Part shown: positions 1 through 9,808 of the stretch, in pieces
How positions within the stretch are numbered: position 1 is the first letter of the stretch
How the letters are laid out: every line of letters starts with the position of its first letter
From: Nitrospinales bacterium
GTDB lineage: Bacteria > Nitrospinota > Nitrospinia > Nitrospinales > JAJDAT01
Direction of reading: 5' to 3'
Length of the DNA stretch: 64,000 nucleotides
Assembly (NCBI GenBank): GCA_046757665.1
Contig: JBHHYO010000006.1
Span: 822-64,821 of the forward strand
The notes under the pieces: model-generated
Database searches by the model: none
Told to the model about the DNA's origin: nothing
What the model saw: the letters and a program-made list of their open reading frames with translations, nothing else
Program-made: the position numbers and the translations under genes

Positions 1-995
1 GCCCGGAGCCGTTTTTTCGCGGTCTGTACCTCAAGCAGATTATGTGGTTTTTCTACGGTCTGCTGGCGATGCTGGCGGCGGTTCTGATAGATTACCGGAC
101 GTGGAGCCGGAATGCTTACCTGGTTTATGGGGTCGCCCTGCTTGCCCTGGTTTATACCCTGCTGTTTGGGCAGGTGGCCTCGGGGGCGCGGCGCTGGATT
201 CATCTGGGGCCGGTGAGCATCCAGGTCTCCGAGTTCGCCAAAATTGCGCTGATCATCGTCCTGGCCAAATATTTCGAGGATAAAAGGCCGGAAGGGAAAT
301 ACCAGCTCAAGGATTTGCTGATTCCCGGATTCCTGACGGCCGTTTTCTGCATCCTCATTGCCCTGCAACCCGACCTGGGCACCGCCATGATCACTATTTT
401 CGTGTTCTTTGTTTTTATCGCCTCCGCCGAGCTGGATTCCCGGACGATGATCAGGATCGGCGTGGCCGGAACAATCAGTTTTCCGGCTCTTTGGTTTTTC
501 CTGCGGGATTACCAGAAAACCCGGCTATTGACCCTGTTCAATCCGGAAATGGATCCTCTGGGCGCGGGGTACCACTCCATCCAGTCGAAAATCGCCATCG
601 GCTCCGGAGGGTTCTGGGGCAAGGGGTTGTTCGGCGGCACACAAAGCCGGCTCAACTTTCTTCCGGAAAAGCATACGGATTTTATTTTTTCCGTTTTCGC
701 CGAGGAGATGGGTTTTATCGGCGTGATCATTTTGCTTTTGCTGTATCTTGTTGTGATTCTCAAGGGATTGAACATTGCCTTCCGAAGCCCCGACCGGTTT
801 GGCCTGTTTTTGGCCCTGGGTATTGTGGGAACGATGTCGTTTTACATCGTCGTCAATATCGGGATGACCATCGGGATTCTGCCCATCACCGGTCTCCCGT
901 TGCCGCTGTTGAGCTATGGGGGCTCGTCGCTGATCACCAATTTCTTCGCCATCGGACTGCTGTTGAACATAGAAATGCGGCGGTCCATTCTTTAG
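1..995 (+). CDS. rodA: Rod shape-determining SEDS peptidoglycan glycosyltransferase RodA (5'-truncated by window edge)
   Basis: Multi-TM protein with GARRWI, QPDLGT, GYHSIQS, LPEKHTDFIF and SYGGSS motifs; frame open to window start. Confidence 0.93.
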   Translation, partial: PEPFFRGLYLKQIMWFFYGLLAMLAAVLIDYRTWSRNAYLVYGVALLALVYTLLFGQVASGARRWIHLGPVSIQVSEFAKIALIIVLAKYFEDKRPEGKYQLKDLLIPGFLTAVFCILIALQPDLGTAMITIFVFFVFIASAELDSRTMIRIGVAGTISFPALWFFLRDYQKTRLLTLFNPEMDPLGAGYHSIQSKIAIGSGGFWGKGLFGGTQSRLNFLPEKHTDFIFSVFAEEMGFIGVIILLLLYLVVILKGLNIAFRSPDRFGLFLALGIVGTMSFYIVVNIGMTIGILPITGLPLPLLSYGGSSLITNFFAIGLLLNIEMRRSIL

Positions 996-1150
996 TCAAA
1001 AAAAATCGCTACTTTTAACCTGCCCATAAATTGGGGAAGGTCATACCTTCTCATAGAGGACTTTTTTGTCAATAAAATCTGCTTTAAATATTTATAAATA
1101 TATGTTATATAATTAGTTATTAGTTACATTAACCGGCCATAGAAGCGGAC

Positions 1151-2359
1151 ATGAAAGCGGACAAAAATCAGGCGAAGGACAGAGGGGAAAGCATCAATTT
1201 AATGGAGCCTTTGTTGCTATCTCAAGGGTCAAAATACCGGCCCGAACTCATGGATATTGCCATGGATTTGGCATCCAAGTCATCCGGATTCCGCCGTAGC
1301 CTTGCTCCTGGAATCTACCGGGCTCTGGCTAAATTGATCCGGACCATGAACTGCTACTACAGCAATCTTATTGAAGACCACAACACGCATCCCATCGATA
1401 TTGAACGGTCCATGGAGGGCAATTACAGCCAGGACCCGAAAAAGAGAGATCTGCAACTGGAAGCCAGGGCTCACATCATTTGTCAACAATGGATTGATGA
1501 CGGTGGTTTGACCGGGCGCGCTTACAGGGTGGATGGGGTACTGGAAATACATCGCCGGTTCTGCGAAAACCTTCCGGACGATTTGCTTTGGGTCATAGGC
1601 TACAAGAACAAAGAAAGAATCCGGGTCGTCCCAGGCAAAATGCGGACGCGGGACGTTAGGGTAGGGCGTCATTTGGCAATCAGTCCTGGAGCCCTGCCTC
1701 GCTTCATGGAACGGTTCGAAGCGGAATACAGCAAACTGGGGAAATCGGAATCAATCCTTGCGGCGGCGGCCGCTCACCACCGCCTGGTGTGGATTCATCC
1801 CTTCATGGATGGCAATGGACGTGTGGCACGGCTCATGTCTCATGCGGCAATGCTTGAAACATTGGACACCGGCGGGGTGTGGTCGGTGGCGCGGGGTTTA
1901 GCGAGAACGGTCGATCAATACAAAAACCTTTTACAGCAATCCGACCTCCCGAGACGCGATGATCTGGATGGACGTGGTAGTTTGAGTGAAGAAGCCCTGG
2001 CCAAATTTATCCGCTATTTTCTGGAAGTGTGCCGTGACCAGGTGGAGTTTATGGAAGGATTGGTTCAACCCGAGCACCTGCGCACCCGAATTTTGCTTTG
2101 GGCGGAAGAAAAAATACGGCTGAAGGTATTACCGGAGAAAGCAGGAAAAGTTTTGGATGCCCTGCTTTACAGGGGGGAGTTGCCGCGTGGGGAAATTCCT
2201 GAAATCATCGGGGCCGGGGACCGCCATGCCCGCAGGATCACCGCCGCTTTACTGGAAGAGGGTGTCCTCACCTCTGAAAGTCAAAGAGCCCCTTTGCACT
2301 TGGCCTTCCCCGCCAAGTTCGCCGTCCGATGGATGCCAAACCTCTTTCCAGAAAAATAA
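1151..2359 (+). CDS. Fic-domain protein with C-terminal wHTH-like region
   Basis: Intact Fic motif HPFMDGNGRVAR; YYSNLIE N-terminal motif; AT-rich upstream region. Confidence 0.9.
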   Translation: MKADKNQAKDRGESINLMEPLLLSQGSKYRPELMDIAMDLASKSSGFRRSLAPGIYRALAKLIRTMNCYYSNLIEDHNTHPIDIERSMEGNYSQDPKKRDLQLEARAHIICQQWIDDGGLTGRAYRVDGVLEIHRRFCENLPDDLLWVIGYKNKERIRVVPGKMRTRDVRVGRHLAISPGALPRFMERFEAEYSKLGKSESILAAAAAHHRLVWIHPFMDGNGRVARLMSHAAMLETLDTGGVWSVARGLARTVDQYKNLLQQSDLPRRDDLDGRGSLSEEALAKFIRYFLEVCRDQVEFMEGLVQPEHLRTRILLWAEEKIRLKVLPEKAGKVLDALLYRGELPRGEIPEIIGAGDRHARRITAALLEEGVLTSESQRAPLHLAFPAKFAVRWMPNLFPEK

Positions 2360-2488
2360 AATCAGAGGGAGAACGTTTGAACGTGCGGCGGATTCAACCC
2401 GCAAGTGCAATAGTGAGTCGAGTGCTTTGCATGTGAGATTTCTGTAAGGGGTGGCGCGGGAATCTTTCCGGGTCTGGCGGACCCGCTG

Positions 2489-2497
2489 TGATATAAT
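2489..2497 (+). promoter_or_regulatory. Extended -10 element (TGATATAAT) upstream of rng
   Basis: Matches TGnTATAAT about 105 bp before the rng start. Confidence 0.5.
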
Positions 2498-2602
2498 AAT
2501 GCCCATCCGGAAACCGGTTAGTTCGATTATTTTTTGATCTTGCCCGGGAGACCGCCTGGCTTGTGGCGGTTGACGCGCCGCCCACGGAAGAAGTTCAATT
2601 TC

Positions 2603-4141
2603 ATGTCATCTGAAATCATCATCAATTGCAATCCCAGGGAAACGCGGGTTGCGCTATTGGAAAACGACCAGCTGGTTGAACTGTATATCGAGCACAAGGC
2701 TCACCGGGGCATTGTCGGCAACATATACAAGGGAAAGGTCATGCGAATCCTTCCCGGAATGCAAGTGGCGTTTGTCAACATTGGCCTGGAAAAAGCCGGA
2801 TTTTTATATGTGGGCGATATCGATGTCATCGATTTTGCGGACCTGGACGATGACGAGGTGGAGCAGGGGGAAGACATCGACCCCGGCAACAAAACGACGG
2901 ACGATATGGGAAAACCGCCGCGTCAGGAGCATCCGAATATTCCCATCCAGGAGATTCTCACCGAGGGACAGGAAATTCTGGTGCAAGCCGCGAAAAACCC
3001 CATGGGAACCAAGGGGGCGCGGCTCACTTCCTACATCACCCTGCCGGGCAACAATATCGTTTACATGCCCGGCATGAATCAGATCAGCGTTTCCCGGCGC
3101 ATCGAGGATGAGGCGGAGCGGGAACGGTTGATCGAGCTTATTGCGGAAGTCGGTCAGCCCGGCGAAGGCTACATCGTGCGCACGGCGGGTGAAGGAAAAA
3201 CGAAGGAAGAGTTTGCCGCCGACATTCGTTTTCTGCACCGGCTGTGGGAAAACCTCAAGGCCAAGTCGGAAACGACAAGCGCCACCGCCCTGCTTTATGA
3301 AGACCTGAACCTTGTCTTCCGTTCCATCCGGGACCTGTTCAACCATGACGTCAACCGGCTGGTGATCGACTCCAAGTCCGATTACCAGAATTGCCTGGAG
3401 TTCTGCTCCACGTATCTGCCGCATCTGGCGGACAAAATGGAACTCTACGATGACAGCGAACCGATCTTCGACCGCTACGGTATCGAGATGGAGATCAATC
3501 GCGCCCTGGGTCGGAAAATCTGGCTGAAATCCGGCGGCTCCATCTCCATCGACCAGACCGAGGCGCTGGTCGCCATCGACGTGAACACCGGCAAGTTCGT
3601 GGGCCACGACGACCCGGAGGAAACCATTCTCAAGACCAACCTGGAGGCGGTGCGGGAGATCGTTTACCAGTTGCGTTTGCGCAATATCGGCGGCATTATC
3701 GTAGTGGATTTCATCGACATGGACCTGGAGGAAAGCAAGGAATCCATCTGGAACGCCCTGACCCAGGCGCTAAAATCCGACCGTTACCGCACCAAGATTC
3801 TGAAAATTTCCGAAATCGGCCTTGTCGAAATGACGCGCAAACGGGTGCGCGGGAGTTTGACCCAGACGCTTTGCGATCCTTGCACCTACTGCGAGGGGAA
3901 CGGACACATTAAATCCCCGACAACCGTTTGCAATGAGATTCTTCGCGGCATCCAGCGTATCGCCGGCAACAACCTGGAAAGGAAAACCGTTTCCGTCGAG
4001 GTTCATCCCGCTGTTTACGACATGATTTTTGAAGAGGAAAGCATCTATCTGGGGGAAATGGAAAAACAGTACAATATCGAAATCGCCGTCAGGGTCAATC
4101 CGAAATTACACCAGGAAAAATACAATTTGTCCATTAACTGA
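2603..4141 (+). CDS. rng: Ribonuclease G (Rne/Rng family)
   Basis: GNIYKGKV S1 domain, IDVNTG, LRLRNIGGIIVVDFIDM, CxxC Zn-link; start moved to MSSEIII. Confidence 0.93.
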   Translation: MSSEIIINCNPRETRVALLENDQLVELYIEHKAHRGIVGNIYKGKVMRILPGMQVAFVNIGLEKAGFLYVGDIDVIDFADLDDDEVEQGEDIDPGNKTTDDMGKPPRQEHPNIPIQEILTEGQEILVQAAKNPMGTKGARLTSYITLPGNNIVYMPGMNQISVSRRIEDEAERERLIELIAEVGQPGEGYIVRTAGEGKTKEEFAADIRFLHRLWENLKAKSETTSATALLYEDLNLVFRSIRDLFNHDVNRLVIDSKSDYQNCLEFCSTYLPHLADKMELYDDSEPIFDRYGIEMEINRALGRKIWLKSGGSISIDQTEALVAIDVNTGKFVGHDDPEETILKTNLEAVREIVYQLRLRNIGGIIVVDFIDMDLEESKESIWNALTQALKSDRYRTKILKISEIGLVEMTRKRVRGSLTQTLCDPCTYCEGNGHIKSPTTVCNEILRGIQRIAGNNLERKTVSVEVHPAVYDMIFEEESIYLGEMEKQYNIEIAVRVNPKLHQEKYNLSIN

Positions 4142-4236
4142 ACCCCTGAGCCGGTGGGGCTTGTTTGAATCGAGCGGCGAACGCCGGTTGGCAAACGCCG
4201 TTCGCACAGGGAACGCTTTAACTGGAGAACCGAAAG

Positions 4237-4548
4237 ATGAGATATCCCTTGCTGATCGCTTTTTGTCTTGCGGGCCTGTTGGCCGCGGGGTGCGGCACAA
4301 CCGGAAAAGATTTTAAATCCTCCCTCGTCAAAAACGTCGTTAACCATCAAACCACGCAACAGGATGTCCGCAACATGTATGGGGAGCCGCTCCGCAAAGG
4401 CGTGGAAAACGGCAATCCTATCTGGGTGTATGAATTCGACACCTACCGGGTTTTTGGCAAGAATACGTCCAAGGACCTGATTTTCGTGTTCGACAAAAAC
4501 GGCGTCGTGCAGTCCCATCAGTTCATGTCCAACGAGTCTTCTCCCTGA
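4237..4548 (+). CDS. SmpA/OmlA(BamE)-like lipoprotein
   Basis: Lipobox LAAGC, TTQQDV..YGEP, WVY, FDKNGVV. Confidence 0.7.
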   Translation: MRYPLLIAFCLAGLLAAGCGTTGKDFKSSLVKNVVNHQTTQQDVRNMYGEPLRKGVENGNPIWVYEFDTYRVFGKNTSKDLIFVFDKNGVVQSHQFMSNESSP

Positions 4549-4663
4549 GCGGATAAGCGGGTTTGAATCGAATGGCGCGGGAACGTTCTTCACGGATTCC
4601 TGGTCTGCCGGCGGAGTTTCCCGCGGTCCGCCGCCGGCACAACATTCCAAGGGTGCACAGGTT

Positions 4664-5752
4664 ATGGGATTTATCTGCGGTCTCGTCGGCCTTCCCAATG
4701 TCGGCAAATCTACGGTTTTCAATGCGCTCACCCGGTCCCGGGCGGAGGCGTCCAATTATCCCTTTACCACGAGTGAGCCGAATGTCGGCATCGTCACCGT
4801 GCCCGACGAACGTCTTGAGACGATTTCCCGGTATATCCCCGCCAAAAAGACGGTTTCCACCACCATGCGATTCGTTGATATTGCGGGTCTGGCCAAGGGG
4901 GCGTCGAAGGGCGAGGGGCTGGGCAACAAATTCCTCGGCCACATCCGCGAGGTGACGGCCATCGCCCACGTTGTCCGGTGTTTTGACGACGAGCTTGTGC
5001 TGGGCGGAACGGACCCCATAACCGACATTGAAACCATCAACACGGAATTGATGATTGCCGACCTGGAAACGCTGGAAAAGCGGAAAACCAAACTGGACAA
5101 ACTGGCCCGCTCCGGCGACAAGGAAAGCCGGTTTCAAGTTGCCGTGGTGGACCGCCTGATGGATTCTCTCAATGACGGCCAACCGATCCGGTTCATGGGA
5201 TTTGAAAGCGAAGCCGAGCGGGCCTTTGTCGACTCGCTGACCCTGCTGACGCAAAAGCCGGTGTTGTATATCTGCAATGTCTCCGACTCGGCGGACGTGG
5301 ACAGCGCCGCCGTGCGCGGCGTCATGGGCCTGGCGGAACGGGAATCGGCACGGGCCATCGCCCTGGCCGGGAAACTGGAAACCGAGATCATTGAAATCGA
5401 CGACCCGCAGGAGCAAATCGAGTTTTTGCGGGAAATGGGTTTGCGGGAGTCCGGGCTCAAACAGGTGATCCAGGCGGGCTATGAGCTTTTGGGCCTGGAG
5501 ACGTTTTTCACTGCCGGCGGCAAGGAAAACCGCGCCTGGACCATTAAGCAAAATACGCGCGCCCCCCAGGCCGCCGGCGTCATCCATTCCGATTTCGAAA
5601 AAGGATTCATCCGCGCCAAGGTCTTCCATTTCGACGACCTCGTGAAGCACCAGTCCGAACAGGCCGTCAAGGAGGCCGGTCTGTTGCGCCTGGAAGGCAA
5701 GGACTACGTGGTGCGGGACGGCGACATCATGGAGTTTCTTTTCAACGTGTGA
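4664..5752 (+). CDS. ychF: Ribosome-binding ATPase YchF
   Basis: GLPNVGKST, NYPFTT, DIAGL, HSDFEKGFIRA, EGKDYVVRDGD. Confidence 0.96.
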   Translation: MGFICGLVGLPNVGKSTVFNALTRSRAEASNYPFTTSEPNVGIVTVPDERLETISRYIPAKKTVSTTMRFVDIAGLAKGASKGEGLGNKFLGHIREVTAIAHVVRCFDDELVLGGTDPITDIETINTELMIADLETLEKRKTKLDKLARSGDKESRFQVAVVDRLMDSLNDGQPIRFMGFESEAERAFVDSLTLLTQKPVLYICNVSDSADVDSAAVRGVMGLAERESARAIALAGKLETEIIEIDDPQEQIEFLREMGLRESGLKQVIQAGYELLGLETFFTAGGKENRAWTIKQNTRAPQAAGVIHSDFEKGFIRAKVFHFDDLVKHQSEQAVKEAGLLRLEGKDYVVRDGDIMEFLFNV

Positions 5753-5819
5753 AGCCCGCCCGGGCTCCGGTGTCATCGCGAGCCGCCGCTGGCGGCGCGC
5801 CGCAAGCAACAGTCCGGAA

Positions 5820-6749
5820 TTACTTCAGTTGGTAGTGATTGGAGTTGGTGAGCAGGACGGCTTCTTCCGCCGGCAGGTTGTGCCGGTTGGTGTAAATGAG
5901 GGCGTCGGAGTGTTCGAGCAGTTGGTCGCAGTTGTCGCAAAGCGGTTGCTGGGAATAGTCCTCGTTTGCATGAGCCTGGCGAAGCGCCTCGTATTTTTCT
6001 CCACGCAGGATTTCGGGAATGCTTTGTTCCCGGCAGTCGCCGAGGACGGCTTTGCCGGCGTAGTCGTAGCAACAGGGGATCATGGTGCCGTCGTACTGGA
6101 ACTGTAACGGGCCGTTTTTTGGCCGGCCGCAGGATTCTTTTTTGCGGGGCACATCGAGGTCGCGGTAGTTCCGCCCGTTGGTAAAGTTGTGGGGCTCCCA
6201 GATTTCGATAAAATCGGCCACCGGCTCCCATTCTTCCCGGAAGGCTTCCAGATGCGCGTGGTTCTGGCTCAGGTTTAAAAAATACACCATAACGGTCGGG
6301 GTTTTGCTCCCCAGGGTTTTTCTCAGGTTGATCAGGTTGTAAATGTTGTTGCGGGTGATTTCGAAGTTTAATCCGCGATGCACTTCTTCATAAACCGTCT
6401 TGTCCTGGCCGTAAAAACTGAAACGAATTTCGTCCAGACCGGCTTCGATAATTTCCCTGGCCAGGGTTTCATCCCACAGGGAACCGTTGGATATGAAATT
6501 GCAGAACATGCCTTGTTGCTTGACGTAACGGATTCGCTCGACGATCATCGGATCCATCAGGGGTTCGCCAAATCCTCCCAGAAAAACGGCCGATGCTCCC
6601 AGCTCCTTGCATTCGTCAACGATTCGTTTGTACAGGTCCATTTCCATAACGCCTTCGAGGCGGTCCATTTTTTCGCGGGGACACATAATACATGCGGCGT
6701 TACACATATTGGTAGTTTCGATCCGCACTTCGGGATTGCTTAATTTCAT
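5820..6749 (-). CDS. Radical SAM/SPASM(twitch) domain protein
   Basis: CNAACIMC motif, GEPL, C-terminal C..CC..CxxC cluster. Confidence 0.88.
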   Translation of the reverse strand: MKLSNPEVRIETTNMCNAACIMCPREKMDRLEGVMEMDLYKRIVDECKELGASAVFLGGFGEPLMDPMIVERIRYVKQQGMFCNFISNGSLWDETLAREIIEAGLDEIRFSFYGQDKTVYEEVHRGLNFEITRNNIYNLINLRKTLGSKTPTVMVYFLNLSQNHAHLEAFREEWEPVADFIEIWEPHNFTNGRNYRDLDVPRKKESCGRPKNGPLQFQYDGTMIPCCYDYAGKAVLGDCREQSIPEILRGEKYEALRQAHANEDYSQQPLCDNCDQLLEHSDALIYTNRHNLPAEEAVLLTNSNHYQLK

Positions 6750-9452
6750 TTAAACCACATCCTCCACATTTTCTATCAAAAGAATTCCGATCAAACGTTC
6801 CTTGATTTGGCGCGTCAATCGGTCGAAGGTGATCTTTCCGCCGCGCAGGGAGACGTAGAACACGTCTATTCCGCGGTCGCCCCGGCAGGAAATTTTCGCG
6901 CGGTGAATCTGGACGCCAAAATCGACCAGGGCATGAACGATTTTATAAAGCATCCCCAGATGATCTCTTGCTTCGACGCGAATGACAGTATATGCAGGGT
7001 TGGACGAGTTATCAATTTGAATTTTGGGGACGACGGCTTTCCGCGGGGCGTTTTTGCCGACGTATCGCTTGCGCGCCGCCAGCAGTTCGGAAATCTCCCG
7101 CCGGTTTTCGAGAATATCCTGAAGGTTTTTTTCCACTTGGAGCCAAATTGCTTCGCTTGAGCCGTCTTCCCGGTTCGCGCCCTCGACTTGCAAGGTGACA
7201 ATGGTCGCATCGTCCCGTCTCAGGAATATCTGCGCTCCCAGAATGTTCAGGTTGTTTGCGGTGATGGCGCCCACCATGCTCTTGAACGTCCGGTCGTTTT
7301 TCATATAGCACAAAGTGACGTTGTGGTAAGCGCCGGCTTCGTTGAACAGGGAGGACAGGGCGAAACGGTTTTCTCCCACTACCCGCAGGAGGCGGAGGTG
7401 CTGGGCGACCTCGTCCGGAGGGGCCGTCAACCAGTAGTCGTCCGGCATCAGGTCCAGATGTTGCTCGATTTCCCAGGCAAAAAAATCCGCGTGGAGTTTG
7501 CGGTAAACCGCCAGCCGGGTGGAAAAACGCTTTTTATGGAGCAGTTCCGGATGCTCGAGATAATCTTTCGTGAAATGGTACAGCTCGGACAAAAGAAACT
7601 TTTTCCAGGAGGTCCAGGTGTCCGGGGCCACCGCTTTCAGTTCCGCGTAGGTGATCAAGTAGAGCAGTTCCAGGCGTTCCACGGTTCCCACCTTGGCGGC
7701 GAACGCTTGAATGGTGGACAGGTGTTGAATCTCCTGGTAAAAGGCGATTTCCGTCATCTCGTAAAGGTTGTCCAGGAGAAACAGCAGTATTTGCTTCTCT
7801 TCCGCCGGCAGTCCGTCGATGATGCTTGACGAGGCGGCGCCGTCCATGTCCTGCGCAAGCCGGCTGGGGTCCTTGCCCAGGGAGTGCAAAAGGGCGGCCA
7901 GCTTCAGCAGGCGCTTGTGAGGATTGGTTTTATGAATTTCCGCCAGCTCCCGCAGGTCGTTCTCCTCCGTGACGGCAAGGTGCTCCAGAAACCGCACCAT
8001 TCGCAATGAATGTTCGTCCGCGGTGTACCGGTGGTAAAAATCGTATTTGACCAGACAATGCGTGTGGCCGAACTCCGGCAGAATCTTGCCCAGAATGCCC
8101 ACCGCGTGCATCAGCCGCAGGGTTTTTTCCGCATCGGGGTTGTCGAGCAGGGACATCAGGAAATCCCCGGCCCGGTGTTCTTTTAAAAAGGCGTCGTCCA
8201 GCAGGTGCCGGTGGTTGCGGATTTGCCGTTTGAGCTGGGAATCGATTTCCAGGCCGTGCCTCCGGCACAGGTCGAATAATTCGAGGAGCAGGCGCTTGTT
8301 GTTCGTAAAGATTTCCGGTGCGCTGTCTTTCAGATGCAGAACCGATTTCAACGCAAAAAACCCGTTGCCCAGGTCCTTTTTGTTCAGGTTGCTGATGACT
8401 TTGCGGATGTACGGCCGCCGGGTTTGCAAACAACGCTGGAAAATGATCTCGGAAAAATTATAAATGTTTTTGGCGTGCAAAAAATAATCCCGCATGAATT
8501 GCTCGACGCGGTCGGTTTCGTTGATGTTCTGGTATCCCAGGTTGACGGCCAGGCCGGATTGGATGCCCAGCCGCAACACGTCGGACTTTTTGCCGAGCGA
8601 ATAATGGAGTTCGTTGCGGACGCGGAGAAAAAAATCGACGGAGCGGTTGAAACTTTTAAGCTCGTCTTCGGAAATAGCCGGGTTGTCGCCCATCTCGAGC
8701 AGGGAGAGAGAGCCCAACTGCGAGGCGACGCCCCACAACACGGTGTGATAATCCCTGAGACCGCCGGGGCCGTTTTTGATATCGGGTTCGGGGCGGCAGA
8801 CCCATTCGCTGGTGGAGCCGGAGCGGGCGCGGTTTTCGCCGAGTTTGACACTCAAAAACTTTTCGATATTTTTCTTCAAGGCGTTTTTGCCGAGGGCGCG
8901 CCCCAATTCCTCGAACAGGGCCGGGTTGCCCGCCAGGTAGCGCATCTCGATCATGGAAGTTTGCACGGTCAGGTCCGTCTTGGCCAACTCCAGACACTCC
9001 TTGACGCTCCGGCAACTGTGGCCGATTTCCAGGCCGAGCCCCCAGAGAACGGAAATGAAGTCCTGAATGAAATCGTCGGTGAGCGGCTGGATTTTCTTGC
9101 CGAGAATGAACAGCAGGTCGATATCCGAGCAGGGGTTGAGTTCGCCGCGGCCGTAACCGCCGACCGCCGCCAGGCCGAAAGGTTTCATCGTCTCCGCTCC
9201 GGCGTATCGCGGCAAGCGGGCCAGAGAGGCGACGGTTTGCCCGATGGCCTGGTCGATCAGCCCGGTGTGGGCCTGGATGACCTCGCGTCCGCCGGCGCCG
9301 GCGCGGTGCCAGCGCTTGATTTTCTCCCGCTCCTTTTGCAACAGCGCCTTGAACGAGTCGAAATAGGGCAGACGCGCCTTGGGGTCCTCCGGGATGTCCG
9401 GCATGGAACTGAAATCAATCTCGAATCGATACGGCGTTTCCACGTGATTCAT
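6750..9452 (-). CDS. glnD: [Protein-PII] uridylyltransferase GlnD
   Basis: AVGGYGRGEL..SDIDLL NTase, EPDIKNGPGGLRD, HD-like region, two C-terminal ACT domains. Confidence 0.93.
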   Translation of the reverse strand: MNHVETPYRFEIDFSSMPDIPEDPKARLPYFDSFKALLQKEREKIKRWHRAGAGGREVIQAHTGLIDQAIGQTVASLARLPRYAGAETMKPFGLAAVGGYGRGELNPCSDIDLLFILGKKIQPLTDDFIQDFISVLWGLGLEIGHSCRSVKECLELAKTDLTVQTSMIEMRYLAGNPALFEELGRALGKNALKKNIEKFLSVKLGENRARSGSTSEWVCRPEPDIKNGPGGLRDYHTVLWGVASQLGSLSLLEMGDNPAISEDELKSFNRSVDFFLRVRNELHYSLGKKSDVLRLGIQSGLAVNLGYQNINETDRVEQFMRDYFLHAKNIYNFSEIIFQRCLQTRRPYIRKVISNLNKKDLGNGFFALKSVLHLKDSAPEIFTNNKRLLLELFDLCRRHGLEIDSQLKRQIRNHRHLLDDAFLKEHRAGDFLMSLLDNPDAEKTLRLMHAVGILGKILPEFGHTHCLVKYDFYHRYTADEHSLRMVRFLEHLAVTEENDLRELAEIHKTNPHKRLLKLAALLHSLGKDPSRLAQDMDGAASSSIIDGLPAEEKQILLFLLDNLYEMTEIAFYQEIQHLSTIQAFAAKVGTVERLELLYLITYAELKAVAPDTWTSWKKFLLSELYHFTKDYLEHPELLHKKRFSTRLAVYRKLHADFFAWEIEQHLDLMPDDYWLTAPPDEVAQHLRLLRVVGENRFALSSLFNEAGAYHNVTLCYMKNDRTFKSMVGAITANNLNILGAQIFLRRDDATIVTLQVEGANREDGSSEAIWLQVEKNLQDILENRREISELLAARKRYVGKNAPRKAVVPKIQIDNSSNPAYTVIRVEARDHLGMLYKIVHALVDFGVQIHRAKISCRGDRGIDVFYVSLRGGKITFDRLTRQIKERLIGILLIENVEDVV

Positions 9453-9640
9453 GAATAAGGGTCAACCTGAATGGTGTTATGGATTCTGGAGCCGGGCCAA
9501 CCCGGCATCGTGCGATAGAAACCCGGCCCGGAATTTGAGCCGGATGAGATACCGAGGGCGGCAAGTTTTACGCACCCATGAAATTTCCGGGGATTTAAAA
9601 GGATAACACTATTTGCCGATCATTTGCAACGATACGGAGA

Positions 9641-9671
9641 GGCGGAAGGCGGGAGGCTGGAGACCGGAGGC
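9641..9671 (+). repeat. GGAGRCY-type heptamer tract
   Basis: ggaaggc-gggaggc-tggagac-cggaggc; related tracts at 10787-10821 and 57087-57114. Confidence 0.6.
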
Positions 9672-9684
9672 GGTCACCGTAACC

Positions 9685-9770
9685 GTCGTTGCGAGGAGGC
9701 GAAGCCGACGAAGCAATCCAGAAAGGATCCCTTCCCACCGGGCGTGGCCCGGCTGGATCGCCGCGATGAC
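9685..9770. repeat. REPIN-like palindromic element, copy 1 (right hairpin arm deleted)
   Basis: gtcgttgcgagg...gaagcaatccagaaagg...ggctggatcgcc...gcgatgac, near-identical to 28143 and 50417. Confidence 0.85.
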
Positions 9771-9808
9771 AAGGGAGCGAACTTGAAACAAAACCGTCTT
9801 CCACGCCG

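Noticed and set aside
2376-2395. Possible duplication of the rodA 3' end after the Fic gene (ttgaac...tgcggcgg)
   Set aside because: Only an 8-bp exact match plus a gapped hexamer; compatible with chance.
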